64,000 nucleotides of DNA from an uncultured Pseudomonadota bacterium (GCA_963749075.1 CAVVLJ010000023.1:35561-99560), one strand, 5' to 3'; shown: positions 1 to 11,500, numbered from the stretch's first letter. The notes: a model not told the origin generated them from the sequence alone. Program-made: numbers and translations.

Positions 1-95
1 TCCCCGAGCACATGCGCGCCACCTGGCGCCTCTTCGGCTTCGCCCCCGAGACCCACGAGGACCCCTTCGCCGAGCTCGAGGTGCGGTCGCTCTAA
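1..95 (+). CDS. 3' end of an unidentified CDS (partial, runs off the window)
   Basis: Open frame from the window edge ending at TAA 93-95 (...PEHMRATWRLFGFAPETHEDPFAELEVRSL*). Too short to assign a family. Confidence 0.3.
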   Translation, partial: PEHMRATWRLFGFAPETHEDPFAELEVRSL

Positions 96-118
96 GCTCG
101 GTATCGCGGATGCGCAGT

Positions 119-221
119 CCACCCCCCTCCCCAACCCTCCCCCTCAAGGGGGGAGGGGGAAGTTCGGCGGTACGCCAAGCACTTTCCCTCCCCCCTTGAG
201 GGGGAGGGTAGGGTGGGGGGT
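119..221. repeat. REP-like paired-hairpin repeat, family A, copy 1
   Basis: Two hairpins (CCCTCCCCCTCAAGGGGGGAGGG and CCCTCCCCCCTTGAGGGGGAGGG) flanked by ACCCCCC / GGGGGGT. Near-identical ~100-nt unit recurs at 19179-19278. Confidence 0.7.
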
Positions 222-243
222 CCAATTCCAGCGATGGCGAGCA

Positions 244-1182
244 TTAAACCGGCTTCGCGGCCGAAGAGGCGACGGTCCATGGTGCCGCTCCCGCCGTGAA
301 GCGGCGCACGAGGAAATCGAGGAGCACGGCGACCCGGACCGCGCGCGGACCGCCTGCCGGCGTGAGGATGTTGAGCGCCAGCGGCGGTGCTGCCCAGTCC
401 TGGAGGACGGCGACGAGGCGTCCGTCCTCGACGGCCTGCCAGGCGAGGAAATCCGGCTGGAGTGCGATCCCGGCGCCGGCTTCGAGCGCGAAGCTCAGCG
501 CCTCGGCGTTGGTGGCACTGAGCCGGGGCTTGATCGCGACGGCCTCCTCGCTGCCGTCGGCGGCGGTGAAGCGCCAGGTCTCGCCACTCGTGAGATAGCT
601 GTAGGCAAGGCAATCGTGGTCCTTGATGTCCCGCGGCCGCTGCGGCGTGCCGTGGTGCTGGAAATAGGCCGGCGTGCCCACGACGAAGCGGCGCACCGGG
701 CAGAGCCGGCGGGCGATCATGCTCGAGTCCGGCAGATCGGCAATGCGCAGCGCCACGTCGATGCCGCCCGCGACGAGGTCCACGAGGCGGTCGTCGAGCT
801 GGAGATCGACCGAGACCTCGGGATAGCTTGCTAAGAAATCCGGCAGTGCCGGCGCCAGGTGGCGCATTCCGAACGACATGGGTGCCGCGAGGCGCACGCG
901 GCCGCGCGGCGTCGCCGACTTGGCCTGGGCCTCCGCCTCGACCGCCTCGCCCTCGGCGAGGATCTGCGCCGCCCGCACCGCCAGCACGCGGCCGGTCTCG
1001 GTCAGCGACAGGCGGCGCGAGGTGCGGTGGATGAGCCGCTCGCCCATGCGCGCCTCGAGCCGCTTCAGCGCCTTCGACACGGTAGCGCCGGACAGGCCGA
1101 GCTCGGCGGCGGTCCGCGCGAAGGAGCCGGTTTCCGCCACCTTGGCGAAGATCGCCCAGGCTTCGAGGTCTGGAAGCGGCAT
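244..1182 (-). CDS. LysR family transcriptional regulator
   Basis: MPLPDLEAWAIFAKVAETGSFARTAAELGLSGATVSKALKRLEARMGERLIHRTSRRLSLTETG is a typical LTTR wHTH. ATG at 1182 chosen inside ORF 244..1365. Divergent from the pirin gene. Confidence 0.9.
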   Translation of the reverse strand: MPLPDLEAWAIFAKVAETGSFARTAAELGLSGATVSKALKRLEARMGERLIHRTSRRLSLTETGRVLAVRAAQILAEGEAVEAEAQAKSATPRGRVRLAAPMSFGMRHLAPALPDFLASYPEVSVDLQLDDRLVDLVAGGIDVALRIADLPDSSMIARRLCPVRRFVVGTPAYFQHHGTPQRPRDIKDHDCLAYSYLTSGETWRFTAADGSEEAVAIKPRLSATNAEALSFALEAGAGIALQPDFLAWQAVEDGRLVAVLQDWAAPPLALNILTPAGGPRAVRVAVLLDFLVRRFTAGAAPWTVASSAAKPV

Positions 1183-1197
1183 GGCAGGACCCCAAAA

Positions 1198-1218
1198 ATG
1201 GAAACGATGACATTCCAT
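1198..1218. promoter_or_regulatory. Putative LysR-type operator (ATGGAA-N9-TTCCAT inverted repeat)
   Basis: Perfect 6-bp inverted repeat in the 121-nt divergent LysR/pirin intergenic region. Fits the T-N11-A style of LTTR boxes. Confidence 0.35.
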
Positions 1219-1303
1219 CCTTTCTATTTTCACGGGCACCGTCCAGCACCAAATTAGGCGCAACAGGCGGCCGAGGCCGCGACCCCTTGGAGGAGCATCC
1301 GAC

Positions 1304-2002
1304 ATGATCGAGCGCAGGCCGTTCGCCGCCTTGGGCGGAGCCGACCACGGCTGGCTCAAGGCCAAGCACCATTTCTCCTTCGCCGGCTACTACGATCCCG
1401 AGCGCATGCACTGGGGCAATCTCAGGGTCTGGAACGACGACGAGATCGCCGCCAAGACGGGCTTCCCGCCGCATCCCCATGCCGACATGGAGATCATCAC
1501 CTACGTCCGCGAGGGCGCCATCACCCATCGCGACTCGATGGGCAACACGGGCCGCACCGAGGCGGGCGACGTGCAGGTCATGTCGGCCGGATCGGGCGTG
1601 CGCCACTCGGAATACAATCTCGAGGACGAGACCACCCGTCTTTTCCAGATCTGGATCGAGCCGACCACGCGCGGCGGGTCGCCGTCCTGGGGCGCCAAGC
1701 CGTTCCCCAAGGCCGACCGCTCGGGCCAGTTCGTGACGCTGGCGAGCGGCTTTGCCGAGGACAAGGAAGCCCTGCCGATCCGCACCGACGCGCGCGTCAT
1801 GGGGGCGACCGTCAAGGCCGGCGAGCGCGTAACGCTCGCCCTCGACCCCGAGCGGCACGCCTATCTCGTACCGGCGACGGGCGCCCTCGAGGTGGGCGGC
1901 GTGCGCATCGAGGCGCGCGACGGTGCCGCGATCACCGGCCTCGACAGCGTGGAAATTGTCGGGATTGACGACGCGGAGGTGGTCCTCGTCGACGCCGCCT
2001 GA
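1304..2002 (+). CDS. Pirin family protein (cupin)
   Basis: GFPPHPHADMEIITYVREGAITHRDSMGN is the pirin metal-binding cupin motif. GGAGGA lies upstream of the ATG at 1304. Confidence 0.9.
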   Translation: MIERRPFAALGGADHGWLKAKHHFSFAGYYDPERMHWGNLRVWNDDEIAAKTGFPPHPHADMEIITYVREGAITHRDSMGNTGRTEAGDVQVMSAGSGVRHSEYNLEDETTRLFQIWIEPTTRGGSPSWGAKPFPKADRSGQFVTLASGFAEDKEALPIRTDARVMGATVKAGERVTLALDPERHAYLVPATGALEVGGVRIEARDGAAITGLDSVEIVGIDDAEVVLVDAA

Positions 2003-2090
2003 GGGCCGGAGCGAGCGCAGCAGACCAGGCTCGGTCCGTCGCAAGAGCAATCCCTATCGCACGCGAAACCATTCGAACCGGAGAAGCCGC

Positions 2091-2738
2091 ATGTCGTATC
2101 AACAGATGATCAGCCCGTCGAACTGCGCGCTTGCGCTGATCGACTTCCAGCCGGCCATGTTCCAGGGCGTGCAGAGCCACGACCGCAAGGTCATCGTGGA
2201 CAACGTCCAGGTGCTGGCGCGCACGGCCAAGACCTTCAAGCTGCCGGTCGTCATCAGCACGGTGGCCAAGGACAGCTTCTCGGGGCCGTTCATGCCGGAG
2301 GTGACCGAGGGCGTCTTCCCGGGCCACGCCGTGATCGACCGCACCTCGATCAATTCCTGGCTCGATCCCAACTTCCGCAAGGCGGTCGAGGCGACCGGGC
2401 GCAAGCGCATCGTGGTGGCCGGTCTGTGGACCAGCGCCTGCGTGAGCTTCCCGACCTTCGACATGCTGGCCGCCGGCTACGAGGTCTTCTTCGTCGCCGA
2501 CGCCTGCGGCGACACCTCGCACGAGGCGCACGAGCGCGCGGTTCAGCGCCTCATCCAGGCGGGTGCCGCGCCGATGAGCGCTCTCCAGTTCGTCTTCGAG
2601 CTGCAGCAGGATTGGGCGCGCGCCGAGACCTACGACGCCATCATGGAGATCCTCAAGGACTTGACACCCTACGGCATCCAGGTGCGTTTCTCGAAATGGG
2701 CGCTCGGCGAGCACGCTTCGGAAGCGGGCAAGGCGTAA
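2091..2738 (+). CDS. Isochorismatase-family hydrolase (YcaC-like)
   Basis: NCALALIDFQP...RIVVAGLWTSACVSFPTFDMLAAGYEVFFVADACGD shows the cysteine hydrolase signature. ATG at 2091 lies inside ORF 1923..2738. Confidence 0.85.
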   Translation: MSYQQMISPSNCALALIDFQPAMFQGVQSHDRKVIVDNVQVLARTAKTFKLPVVISTVAKDSFSGPFMPEVTEGVFPGHAVIDRTSINSWLDPNFRKAVEATGRKRIVVAGLWTSACVSFPTFDMLAAGYEVFFVADACGDTSHEAHERAVQRLIQAGAAPMSALQFVFELQQDWARAETYDAIMEILKDLTPYGIQVRFSKWALGEHASEAGKA

Positions 2739-2782
2739 GCCGTCTCCCGACGCGCCGCCGCCCAACCGCCGGAGACCCGCTC

Positions 2783-4676
2783 ATGACCCGCCCCAACGAC
2801 GCGCCCGACCTCATCCTTCATCGCGGCCTCTTCGCCACGCTCGACCGCTCGAACCCCGCTGCCAGCGCGGTCGCGATCAAGGACGGCACCTTCGCCGCGG
2901 TCGGCCGCGAGCAGGACGTGATGCTGCTCGCCGGGCCCGCAACCAAGGTCATCGACCTCAAAGGCCGCCGCGTATTGCCGGGCCTCATCGACAACCATCT
3001 CCACATCATCCGCGGCGGCCTCAACTTCAACATGGAGCTGCGCTGGGATGGGGTGCGCTCGCTCGCCGACGCGATGGCCATGCTCAAGCGCCAGGTGGCG
3101 GCGACCCCGCCGCCGCAATGGGTGCGCGTCGTGGGCGGCTTCACGGCGCATCAGTTCGCCGAGAAGCGGCTGCCGACGATCGACGAGCTCAATGCCGTAG
3201 CACCCGAGACGCCGGTCTTCATCCTCCACCTCTACGACCGCGCGCTTCTGAACGGTGCCGCTCTCCGCGCCGTGGGCTATACCAAGGACACGCCCGAGCC
3301 GCCCGGCGGCGAGATCGTCCGCGACGCCGCGGGCAATCCGAGCGGGCTCCTGCTCGCCAAGCCGAACGCGGCGATCCTTTATGCCACTTTGGCGAAGGGG
3401 CCGAAGCTGCCCTTCGAGTACCAGCTCAACTCCACGCGCCATTTCATGCGCGAGCTCAATCGCCTGGGCGTCACGGGCGCCATCGACGCGGGCGGCGGCT
3501 TCCAGAACTATCCCGAGGATTACGCCGTGATCCAGAAGCTGGCCGATGACGGGCAGCTCACCATCCGCCTCGCCTATAACCTCTTCACCCAGAAGCCCAA
3601 AGGCGAGAAGGACGATTTCCTCAACTGGACGCGAACGTCGAAATACAAGCAGGGCGGCGACTATTTCCGCCACAACGGTGCCGGCGAGATGCTGGTGTTC
3701 TCCGCCGCCGACTTCGAGGATTTCCGCGAGCCGCGGCCGGACATGCCGGCCGAGATGGAGGGCGAGCTCGACGCCGTCGTCCGCATCCTCGCGGAGAACC
3801 GCTGGCCCTGGCGGCTCCACGCCACCTATGACGAGACGATCAGCCGGGCGCTCGACGTCTTCGAGCGCGTCGACCAGGACATCCCGCTCGCGGGGCTCAA
3901 CTGGTTCTTCGATCATGCCGAGACGATCTCGGACCAGTCGATCGACCGCATCGCAGCGCTTGGCGGCGGCATTGCCGTGCAGCACCGCATGGCCTATCAG
4001 GGCGAGTATTTCGTCGAGCGCTACGGCCCGGGCGCTGCCGAAGCGACGCCGCCCGTGGTGCGCATGCTGGAGAAGGGCGTCAAGGTCTCGGCCGGCACGG
4101 ACGCCACCCGCGTCGCCTCTTACAACCCCTGGGTCTCGCTCGCCTGGCTCGTCACCGGCCGGACGCTCGGCGGCCTCGCCCTCTATCCACGGCGCAACTG
4201 CCTCGACCGCGAGACGGCGCTCAGGATGTGGAGCGAGAACGTGACCTGGTTCTCGGGCGAGGAGGGCAGGAAAGGGCGCATCGAAGTGGGCCAGCTTGCC
4301 GACCTCATGGTGCCCGACCGGGATTATTTCGCCTGCGCCGAGGAGGAGATCGCCGCACATCGCGTCAGACCTCACCGTCGTCGGCGGCAAGGTGGTCTAC
4401 GGCGCCGGCGACTTCCGGCGCCTCGACGACGCCCCGCCGCCGCCCGCGATGCCGGACTGGTCGCCGGTGCGAACCTTCGGCGGCTATGGCGCCTGGGGCG
4501 ACAAGCGTGCTGCCGGCCAGGTGCCGGCAATGCGCGAGGCGGCCGCGGCGTGCGGCTGCGCCCATCGTTGCAGCATTCACGGCCATGACCACGCCGCCGC
4601 CTGGTCCGGCCGCATTCCCGCAGCCGACCTCAAGAGCTTCTGGGGTGCGCTCGGCTGCGCCTGCTGGGCGGTTTGA
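2783..4676 (+). pseudogene. Amidohydrolase (Amidohydro_3 / YtcJ-like) with an apparent +1 frameshift near 4352-4356
   Basis: The N-terminus MTRPNDAPDLILHRGLFATLD...LPGLIDNHLHIIRGG is read in frame 2. The conserved C-terminal strand ...HIASDLTVVGGKVVYGAGDF and a Cys/His-rich tail continue in frame 3 (ORF 4296..4676). Confidence 0.6.
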
Positions 4677-4691
4677 GAGGAGAGAAATTCC

Positions 4692-5579
4692 ATGCGCATG
4701 AGCAGCGCCCTTCTGTTGATCGCCGGCCTGGCCTGTATCGGGGCAACTGCTGCCGCCAAGCCCGCAACGCCGGTTGTCGCGGTCGGCCCGCAGTACGACA
4801 CGACGCATGTCTATGTCGCACCCGAGGATTTCGAGCGCTTCGTCGCAAGCCTCTTGGCGACGTTCGGCGGCACCGCGTCGAAGGAGGGCGTCTTCACCGT
4901 CACCCCGACGCCGAGCAGCACCATGTCCCAGCTGGTGCTCACGCCTGTCGGCACGCTCTCCGTCTTCGGCTTCAAGACGCCGGTCCCCTATCCGTTCGGC
5001 GCGGAACGCACGGGCTATCTGGTCACCGACCTCGATTTGGCGGCCCGCGTCGCCCGCGCCGGCGGCGCCGACGTGCTCGTGACGCCGTTCAACGATCCCA
5101 TCGGCCGCGACGTCATCATCCAGTGGCCCGGCGGCGTCGGCATGCAGCTCTATTGGCACACGACGAAGCCCTCCTATGCGCCGCTCGCGACCGTTCCGGA
5201 AAACCGCGTCTACGTGTCCGCCGACCGGGCCGCCGCGTTCGTTCGCGGCTTCGTGGCTTTCGCGCACGGCAAGATCGTCTCCGACGACGCCCATGCGCCC
5301 GGCGTCGAGATCGGGCGCCCGAAGGAGAGCTACCGGCGCATCCGCATCGAATCGACGTTCGGCAGGATGACCGTGCTGGTGACCGACGGCCATCTCCCCT
5401 ATCCCTACGGCCGCGAGCTCACCGGCTACGAGGTCGCGAAGCTCGCGGACACCCTTGCCAAGGCGAAGGCGGCCGGGGCGGTCGTGCTGGCGGGCCCTTA
5501 CAGCGCCGATCATCGCGACGCCGCGATTCTGCAGTTCCCCGGTGGCTACATCGCCGAGATCCACGCTCCCGCCGGCTGA
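4692..5579 (+). CDS. Secreted protein with tandem glyoxalase/VOC-like halves (function unknown)
   Basis: Signal peptide MRMSSALLLIAGLACIGATAAA. There are two internally similar halves (...GYLVTDLDLAARVARAGGADVLVTPF.. and ..GYEVAKLADTLAKAKAAGAVVLAGPY..). GAGAGGAGAG RBS. Confidence 0.6.
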   Translation: MRMSSALLLIAGLACIGATAAAKPATPVVAVGPQYDTTHVYVAPEDFERFVASLLATFGGTASKEGVFTVTPTPSSTMSQLVLTPVGTLSVFGFKTPVPYPFGAERTGYLVTDLDLAARVARAGGADVLVTPFNDPIGRDVIIQWPGGVGMQLYWHTTKPSYAPLATVPENRVYVSADRAAAFVRGFVAFAHGKIVSDDAHAPGVEIGRPKESYRRIRIESTFGRMTVLVTDGHLPYPYGRELTGYEVAKLADTLAKAKAAGAVVLAGPYSADHRDAAILQFPGGYIAEIHAPAG

Positions 5580-5592
5580 GCCCGGCGCGGTC

Positions 5593-6987
5593 GTGCCGCG
5601 GCGCACCTTCCTGGTCGTGCTGTTGGCTCTCTTTGCAAGAGAGACGCCCGTCCTGGCCGACGATGCCGCGGCAGTGCGGCCGGCGATCATGTTCTACCGC
5701 TGGCAGGAGGATTGGTCGGCGTTGGCGGACCCGGCGCTGCGCACCGAGCCGTTCGACGCTCTCAAATACATCCCCCTGGCGCCCGACGATCCCAAGAGCT
5801 ACGTCTCGCTGGGCGCCAATCTGCGCGAGCGCTTCGAGTCGGTCGACGCGCCGTCCTTCGGTATCGGCAAGCAAGCCGGCGAGAGCTACCTTCTCCAGCG
5901 CTTCCAGATTCACGCGGATGTCCGTCCGGACGAGAACTGGCAGATCTTCGCCCAGCTCGAGGACGCGCGCGCGCCCTGGAAGGCTACGCTCACTCCCGTC
6001 GACGAGGACCAGCTCGATCTCGCCCAGGCCTTCGTCGCCTATTTCGCTCCGCTTGCCGGCGGCGAGCTCAAGGTCAAGATCGGGCGCCAGGAGATCGGCT
6101 TCGACCTGCAGCGCTTCGTCTCGGTCCGCGACGGCCCGAACGTGCGCCAGGCCTTCGATGCGGCGTGGGTGGACTGGGAGACGGACCCCTGGCGGGTCAT
6201 CAGCTTCTGGGGCCATCCGGTGCAATATCGCAGCGTCAGTCCATTCGACGATTTCTCCAACGGTCATTTCCAGTATGGCGGCTTCAGGGTCGAGCGCAAG
6301 GACGTGGGGCCGGGAAAGCTCTCCGCCTATTACTCGCGCTATGAGCTGGACGGCGCCAAATATCTTTACGCCGCCGGCAACGAGCGGCGCGACATCGGCG
6401 ACGTGCGCTACGCGGGTGCGGCGAGCGGCGTCGACTGGGACCTCGAGGCCATGGGCCAGGGAGGCAATGTGGGTGACGCCCGCGTGCGCGCCTGGGCGCT
6501 CGGCGCATTGACCGGCTACACCTTCTCGCACGTGGGCTGGACGCCGCGCCTGGGCCTCCAGGCGGACGCCGCCTCGGGCGACCGCCATCCCGGCAGTGGC
6601 ACGCTCGGGACCTTCAATCCGCTCTTCCCCAACGGCTACTACTTCACGCTCGCCGGCTTCACCGGCTATACCAACCTCATCCACCTCAAGCCGTCGCTCA
6701 CGGTGAAGCCCACGGGGAAGCTGACGCTCCTCGCGGCCCTCGGCCTGCAATGGCGCGAGACGGCGGCCGACGCCGTCTACACCCAGCCCGATGTCCCCGT
6801 GCCGGGCACCGCCGGGAAGCCGGGGCGCTGGTCGGGCGCCTATGGGCAGCTCCGCGCCGATTGGGCGGTGACGCGCAACCTTGCCGCTGCCGTGGAGGCC
6901 GTCCATTACGAGATCGGTCAGGCCATCAGGCGCGCCGGCGGCCACGATTCCGACTATCTCGGCGTCGAGCTCAAGTTCGGCTGGTGA
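5593..6987 (+). CDS. Alginate-export-family outer-membrane beta-barrel protein
   Basis: GTG at 5593 gives the signal-like sequence PRRTFLVVLLALFARETPVLA. RWQEDWS...LKYIPL...YVSLGANLRERFE...LLQRFQIHADV is typical of the Alginate_exp family, and the protein ends in an aromatic ...LGVELKFGW. Confidence 0.75.
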   Translation: MPRRTFLVVLLALFARETPVLADDAAAVRPAIMFYRWQEDWSALADPALRTEPFDALKYIPLAPDDPKSYVSLGANLRERFESVDAPSFGIGKQAGESYLLQRFQIHADVRPDENWQIFAQLEDARAPWKATLTPVDEDQLDLAQAFVAYFAPLAGGELKVKIGRQEIGFDLQRFVSVRDGPNVRQAFDAAWVDWETDPWRVISFWGHPVQYRSVSPFDDFSNGHFQYGGFRVERKDVGPGKLSAYYSRYELDGAKYLYAAGNERRDIGDVRYAGAASGVDWDLEAMGQGGNVGDARVRAWALGALTGYTFSHVGWTPRLGLQADAASGDRHPGSGTLGTFNPLFPNGYYFTLAGFTGYTNLIHLKPSLTVKPTGKLTLLAALGLQWRETAADAVYTQPDVPVPGTAGKPGRWSGAYGQLRADWAVTRNLAAAVEAVHYEIGQAIRRAGGHDSDYLGVELKFGW

Positions 6988-7006
6988 GATGACGGGCTCG
7001 CGCGCG

Positions 7007-8242
7007 TCACCGACCTGCTGACCCGGCCTCCTTGAGCGGCGCGCGCAGCGGCCACGTGAGCGGGATGACGAGGAGGACGACCGCGGCGACGACGGCTAAG
7101 GTCGAGGGCACGCCGATGCGGTCGCTCAAGAAGCCGTAGAGCAGGGGCGAGAGCGCGCTGCCGCCGATCCCGAGGGTATAGAAGAGGCCGAAGGCGCGGG
7201 CGCGCCGCTCGCGCGGCGCCAGCTCGGCGACCGTGCCGTAGAGCACCGAGGAGGTGCCGTTGAGCGCAACGCCGATGAGCGGCAGCAGCACGAGCGCCTG
7301 GGCGACCGAGAGCGGCAGGAGGGCGAGGATGAGGAGCGTGGTCGCACACTCGGTCAGGATCACCGTGCGCAGGATGCCGACCCGGTCGGCCACCAGGCCG
7401 CAGACGAACTTGCCCGCCGCACCGCCTGCGAAGACGAGGGCCATGGCGAGACCGAGGGTCGGCAGCGTCGCCCCCTTGGCATTGAGGAGGAAGGGGAGGA
7501 GGACGAGGAAGCCGCTGCGCGTGCCGTTGTCGAGGACGCCGATCGCGGAGAGTGCCGCGAAACCGCGGTAGGTGCCCGGCGACCCGGTGCCCGCACCTGG
7601 CTCCGCTGCCGTCTCCTCCTTGGCACGCGCCGCCTCGGCGCGCGGCGCCAGTACCCAGAGGCCGGCGAGTGCCGCCGCCAGCACGGCAGCCCCCATGGCC
7701 ATGCTGGTGGCGCGCCAGGCCATGAGGGCGATGAGCCAGGCGGCGAGCGCCGGCAGCGCCGCCTTGCCCACGTCGCCCGCGAAGTTGTAGGTGCCGAGGG
7801 CTGCGCGCAAGCCCCGCCCGTCATAAGCGCGGGAGATCAGCGAGGAGCCGATGGGATGCTGCACGCTCGAGCCGGCGCCGCTGAGCACGAGCGAGAGGGC
7901 GAGTGCCGCGAAGCCGCCCGACCAGCCGGCGAGCACGAAGCCACCGCCCGCGAGCGCCGTGCCGAGGAGGAGGAGCGTGGCGGCGCTGCCGCGCTCGGCG
8001 AGCATCCCGGCCGGGACCTGGAGGCCGGCGAGCGCTCCCGAATAGAGCGTCTTCAAGAGGCCGATCTCGGCAAGCGAGAGGCCGAAGGCGCCCTGCCAGA
8101 TGGGGAAGAGCACGTAGAGCACGTTGCCGAGGCCATCATGCAGCACATGGGCGCCGCAGCAGGCCGCGAGCGCGCGCCGCTTCGCGGCAGTGTTGGCTAG
8201 GCGCGATGATTCGGCGTCGTCGAGTGCAGCGGCCATTGTCAT
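7007..8242 (-). CDS. MFS transporter
   Basis: About 12 hydrophobic segments with a polar central loop in a 411-aa ORF. Confidence 0.85.
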   Translation of the reverse strand: MTMAAALDDAESSRLANTAAKRRALAACCGAHVLHDGLGNVLYVLFPIWQGAFGLSLAEIGLLKTLYSGALAGLQVPAGMLAERGSAATLLLLGTALAGGGFVLAGWSGGFAALALSLVLSGAGSSVQHPIGSSLISRAYDGRGLRAALGTYNFAGDVGKAALPALAAWLIALMAWRATSMAMGAAVLAAALAGLWVLAPRAEAARAKEETAAEPGAGTGSPGTYRGFAALSAIGVLDNGTRSGFLVLLPFLLNAKGATLPTLGLAMALVFAGGAAGKFVCGLVADRVGILRTVILTECATTLLILALLPLSVAQALVLLPLIGVALNGTSSVLYGTVAELAPRERRARAFGLFYTLGIGGSALSPLLYGFLSDRIGVPSTLAVVAAVVLLVIPLTWPLRAPLKEAGSAGR

Positions 8243-8366
8243 CGAAATGAAACATAAAGCCCCGCGTTACGCCACTGGAAAGCATGCCGGGGCATTCCCA
8301 TGGCGGCTCACGGACGCCGCCGCCGCCGCTTGCGCTCCGCCTGCGAATTGCCCCACATAGGACGCC

Positions 8367-9044
8367 ATGACGGCCGCCACCTCCCTGCGCCTTGCGGTGT
8401 TCGACTGCGACGGCACCCTCGTCGACAGCCAGCACACGATCTTCGCCTCGGTCGCCGCCGCTTTCGAGTCGCTCGGGCTCGCCCCGCCGAGACCTGAGGA
8501 GTCGCGTCGCGTCATCGGCCTGCCGCTCGCGGCGGCGCTCGCCGCCCTCATCCCGGAAGGCGCCGGCATCGACGCGGCCCAGGCGGCCGAGCGCTACCGC
8601 GAGGCCTTCATGGCATTGCGCAGCCGCGGCGAGGTCGCGGAGCCGCTCTTCCCCGGCGTCAGCGATGCCCTCGATGTGCTCGCTGCCGCCGGCTACCTCC
8701 TCGGCATCGCCACCGGCAAGAGCCGCCGCGGCCTCGAGCGCACTCTCGGCGGCCACGACCTCCTCGGCCGCTTCGCGACCTTGCAGACGGGCGACAGCGG
8801 TCCCGGCAAGCCGAGCCCGGAGATGCTGCTGCGGGCGCTCGGCGAGACGGGGGTCGAGGCCGCGGCTTGCGTGATGATCGGCGACACCACCTTCGACGTG
8901 CTCATGGCGCGCGCCGCGCGGGCGCGCTCGGTCGGCGTCGGCTGGGGCTATCACGCCATCGAGGAGCTCGCCGCCGCGGGTGCCGACCGCATCGTCCATG
9001 CAGCACCCGAGCTGCCCGCGGCGGTGCGCGGGCTGGTGCCGTGA
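8367..9044 (+). CDS. HAD-superfamily hydrolase (phosphoglycolate-phosphatase-like)
   Basis: LAVFDCDGTLVDS (motif I), ...IATGKSRRGL..., ...MIGDTTFDVLMARAA (motif IV). Confidence 0.85.
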   Translation: MTAATSLRLAVFDCDGTLVDSQHTIFASVAAAFESLGLAPPRPEESRRVIGLPLAAALAALIPEGAGIDAAQAAERYREAFMALRSRGEVAEPLFPGVSDALDVLAAAGYLLGIATGKSRRGLERTLGGHDLLGRFATLQTGDSGPGKPSPEMLLRALGETGVEAAACVMIGDTTFDVLMARAARARSVGVGWGYHAIEELAAAGADRIVHAAPELPAAVRGLVP

Positions 9045-9854
9045 GCGGTGCCGCGCGGCGGCGTACCTATCGGGCGGCCGCGGTCGTCGAACTTGCCACC
9101 GGTTTCGGCGTGGCGCTCGACGGCAAGCCGCTCCATACGCCGCGTGGCACTCCCATGGTGCTGCCGGCCAAGGCACTCGCGGAGGCGGTGGCCGAGGAGT
9201 GGCAGGCGCAGGCCGCCGAGATCGACCCGCTCGCCATGCCGCTCACCCGCCTCGCCGGCGCGGCCATCGACCTCGTGGCACCCCGGCGCACCGAGATCGC
9301 GGCGCGCACCGCCGCCTACGGCGAGAGCGATCTCCTCTGCTACCGCGCCGAAGGGCCGGAGGAGCTGGTGCGGCGCCAGACTGCTGCTTGGCAGCCGATC
9401 CTCGATTGGGCGGAGCGGCGCTTTGCCGCCCCCTTGCGCGTGACGGCGGGCGTCGCCCCGGTCAAGCAGCCGGAGCTGGCGGTCGCCGCCCTGCGCGCCG
9501 CGGTCGAGGCCCTCGACGACATGCGTCTCGCCGCCCTTGCCGCCGCCACCGCCGCCTCAGGCTCCCTTCTCCTCGCCCTCGCCCTGGCCGAAGGCGAGAT
9601 CGACGCCGAGGCCGCCTGGGCCCTCTCCCAGCTCGACGAGAGCTACCAGGCCGAGCTCTGGGGCGAGGACGCCGAGGTCACGCAGAAGCGCGCGGCGCTC
9701 AAGGCCGATATCGCCGCGGCCGCGCGCTTTCTGGCTCTCCTCGAACGTCTCGAGAGGCTCCTGGCCTTCGTCCGCGTGCCATGCTATCTGCAAAGCCTGC
9801 TGCACCAAGGGTGCGCGCGCCTCTCAGCGTGCGCCGGAGCGGGCGAGGGGTGCC

Positions 9855-11387
<1,533 letters not shown>

Positions 11388-11420
11388 GGGGACATTACCT
11401 ATCGATAGCCACGATAGGAG

Positions 11421-11467
11421 CCCTCATCCTGAGGAGGCCGTGAAGCGGCCGTCTCGAAGGATGAGGG
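11421..11467. repeat. REP-like palindrome, family E, copy 1
   Basis: CCCTCATCCTGAGGAGGCCG...CGGCCGTCTCGAAGGATGAGGG forms a long hairpin. An inverted-orientation relative lies at 11815-11863. Confidence 0.6.
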
Positions 11468-11500
11468 CGGGAACGCGGAGGCCATTACGGGTGTTGGCGA

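Noticed and set aside
119-221. Hairpin repeats considered as a possible CRISPR array; the same question applies to 15631-15713, 19179-19278 and 42544-42687.
   Set aside because: Each locus has only two units. The units are inverted rather than direct, there is no regular repeat-spacer periodicity, and no cas genes are present. They are REP-like elements.
92-2050. Very long ORFs antisense to or overlapping clearly homologous genes. Examples are 92..2050(-) of 652 aa, 2669..4390(-), 5419..6945(-), 9699..11369(-), 16710..18569(+), 37768..39159(-), 46439..48670(-) and 51464..53566(-).
   Set aside because: Their translations are Arg/Ala/Gly/Pro-rich low-complexity strings with no family motifs, and each lies opposite a gene with strong family signatures. 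This is the expected stop-codon depletion in ~70% G+C DNA.
9741-9754. The 14-mer CTCGAACGTCTCGA occurs both near the end of the ATP12 homology and at the DppF frameshift site (33285-33298).
   Set aside because: By a rough estimate, several chance 14-mer repeats are expected in 64 kb of strongly biased sequence. Removing the A in the ATP12 copy does not create a stop or improve the reading frame.
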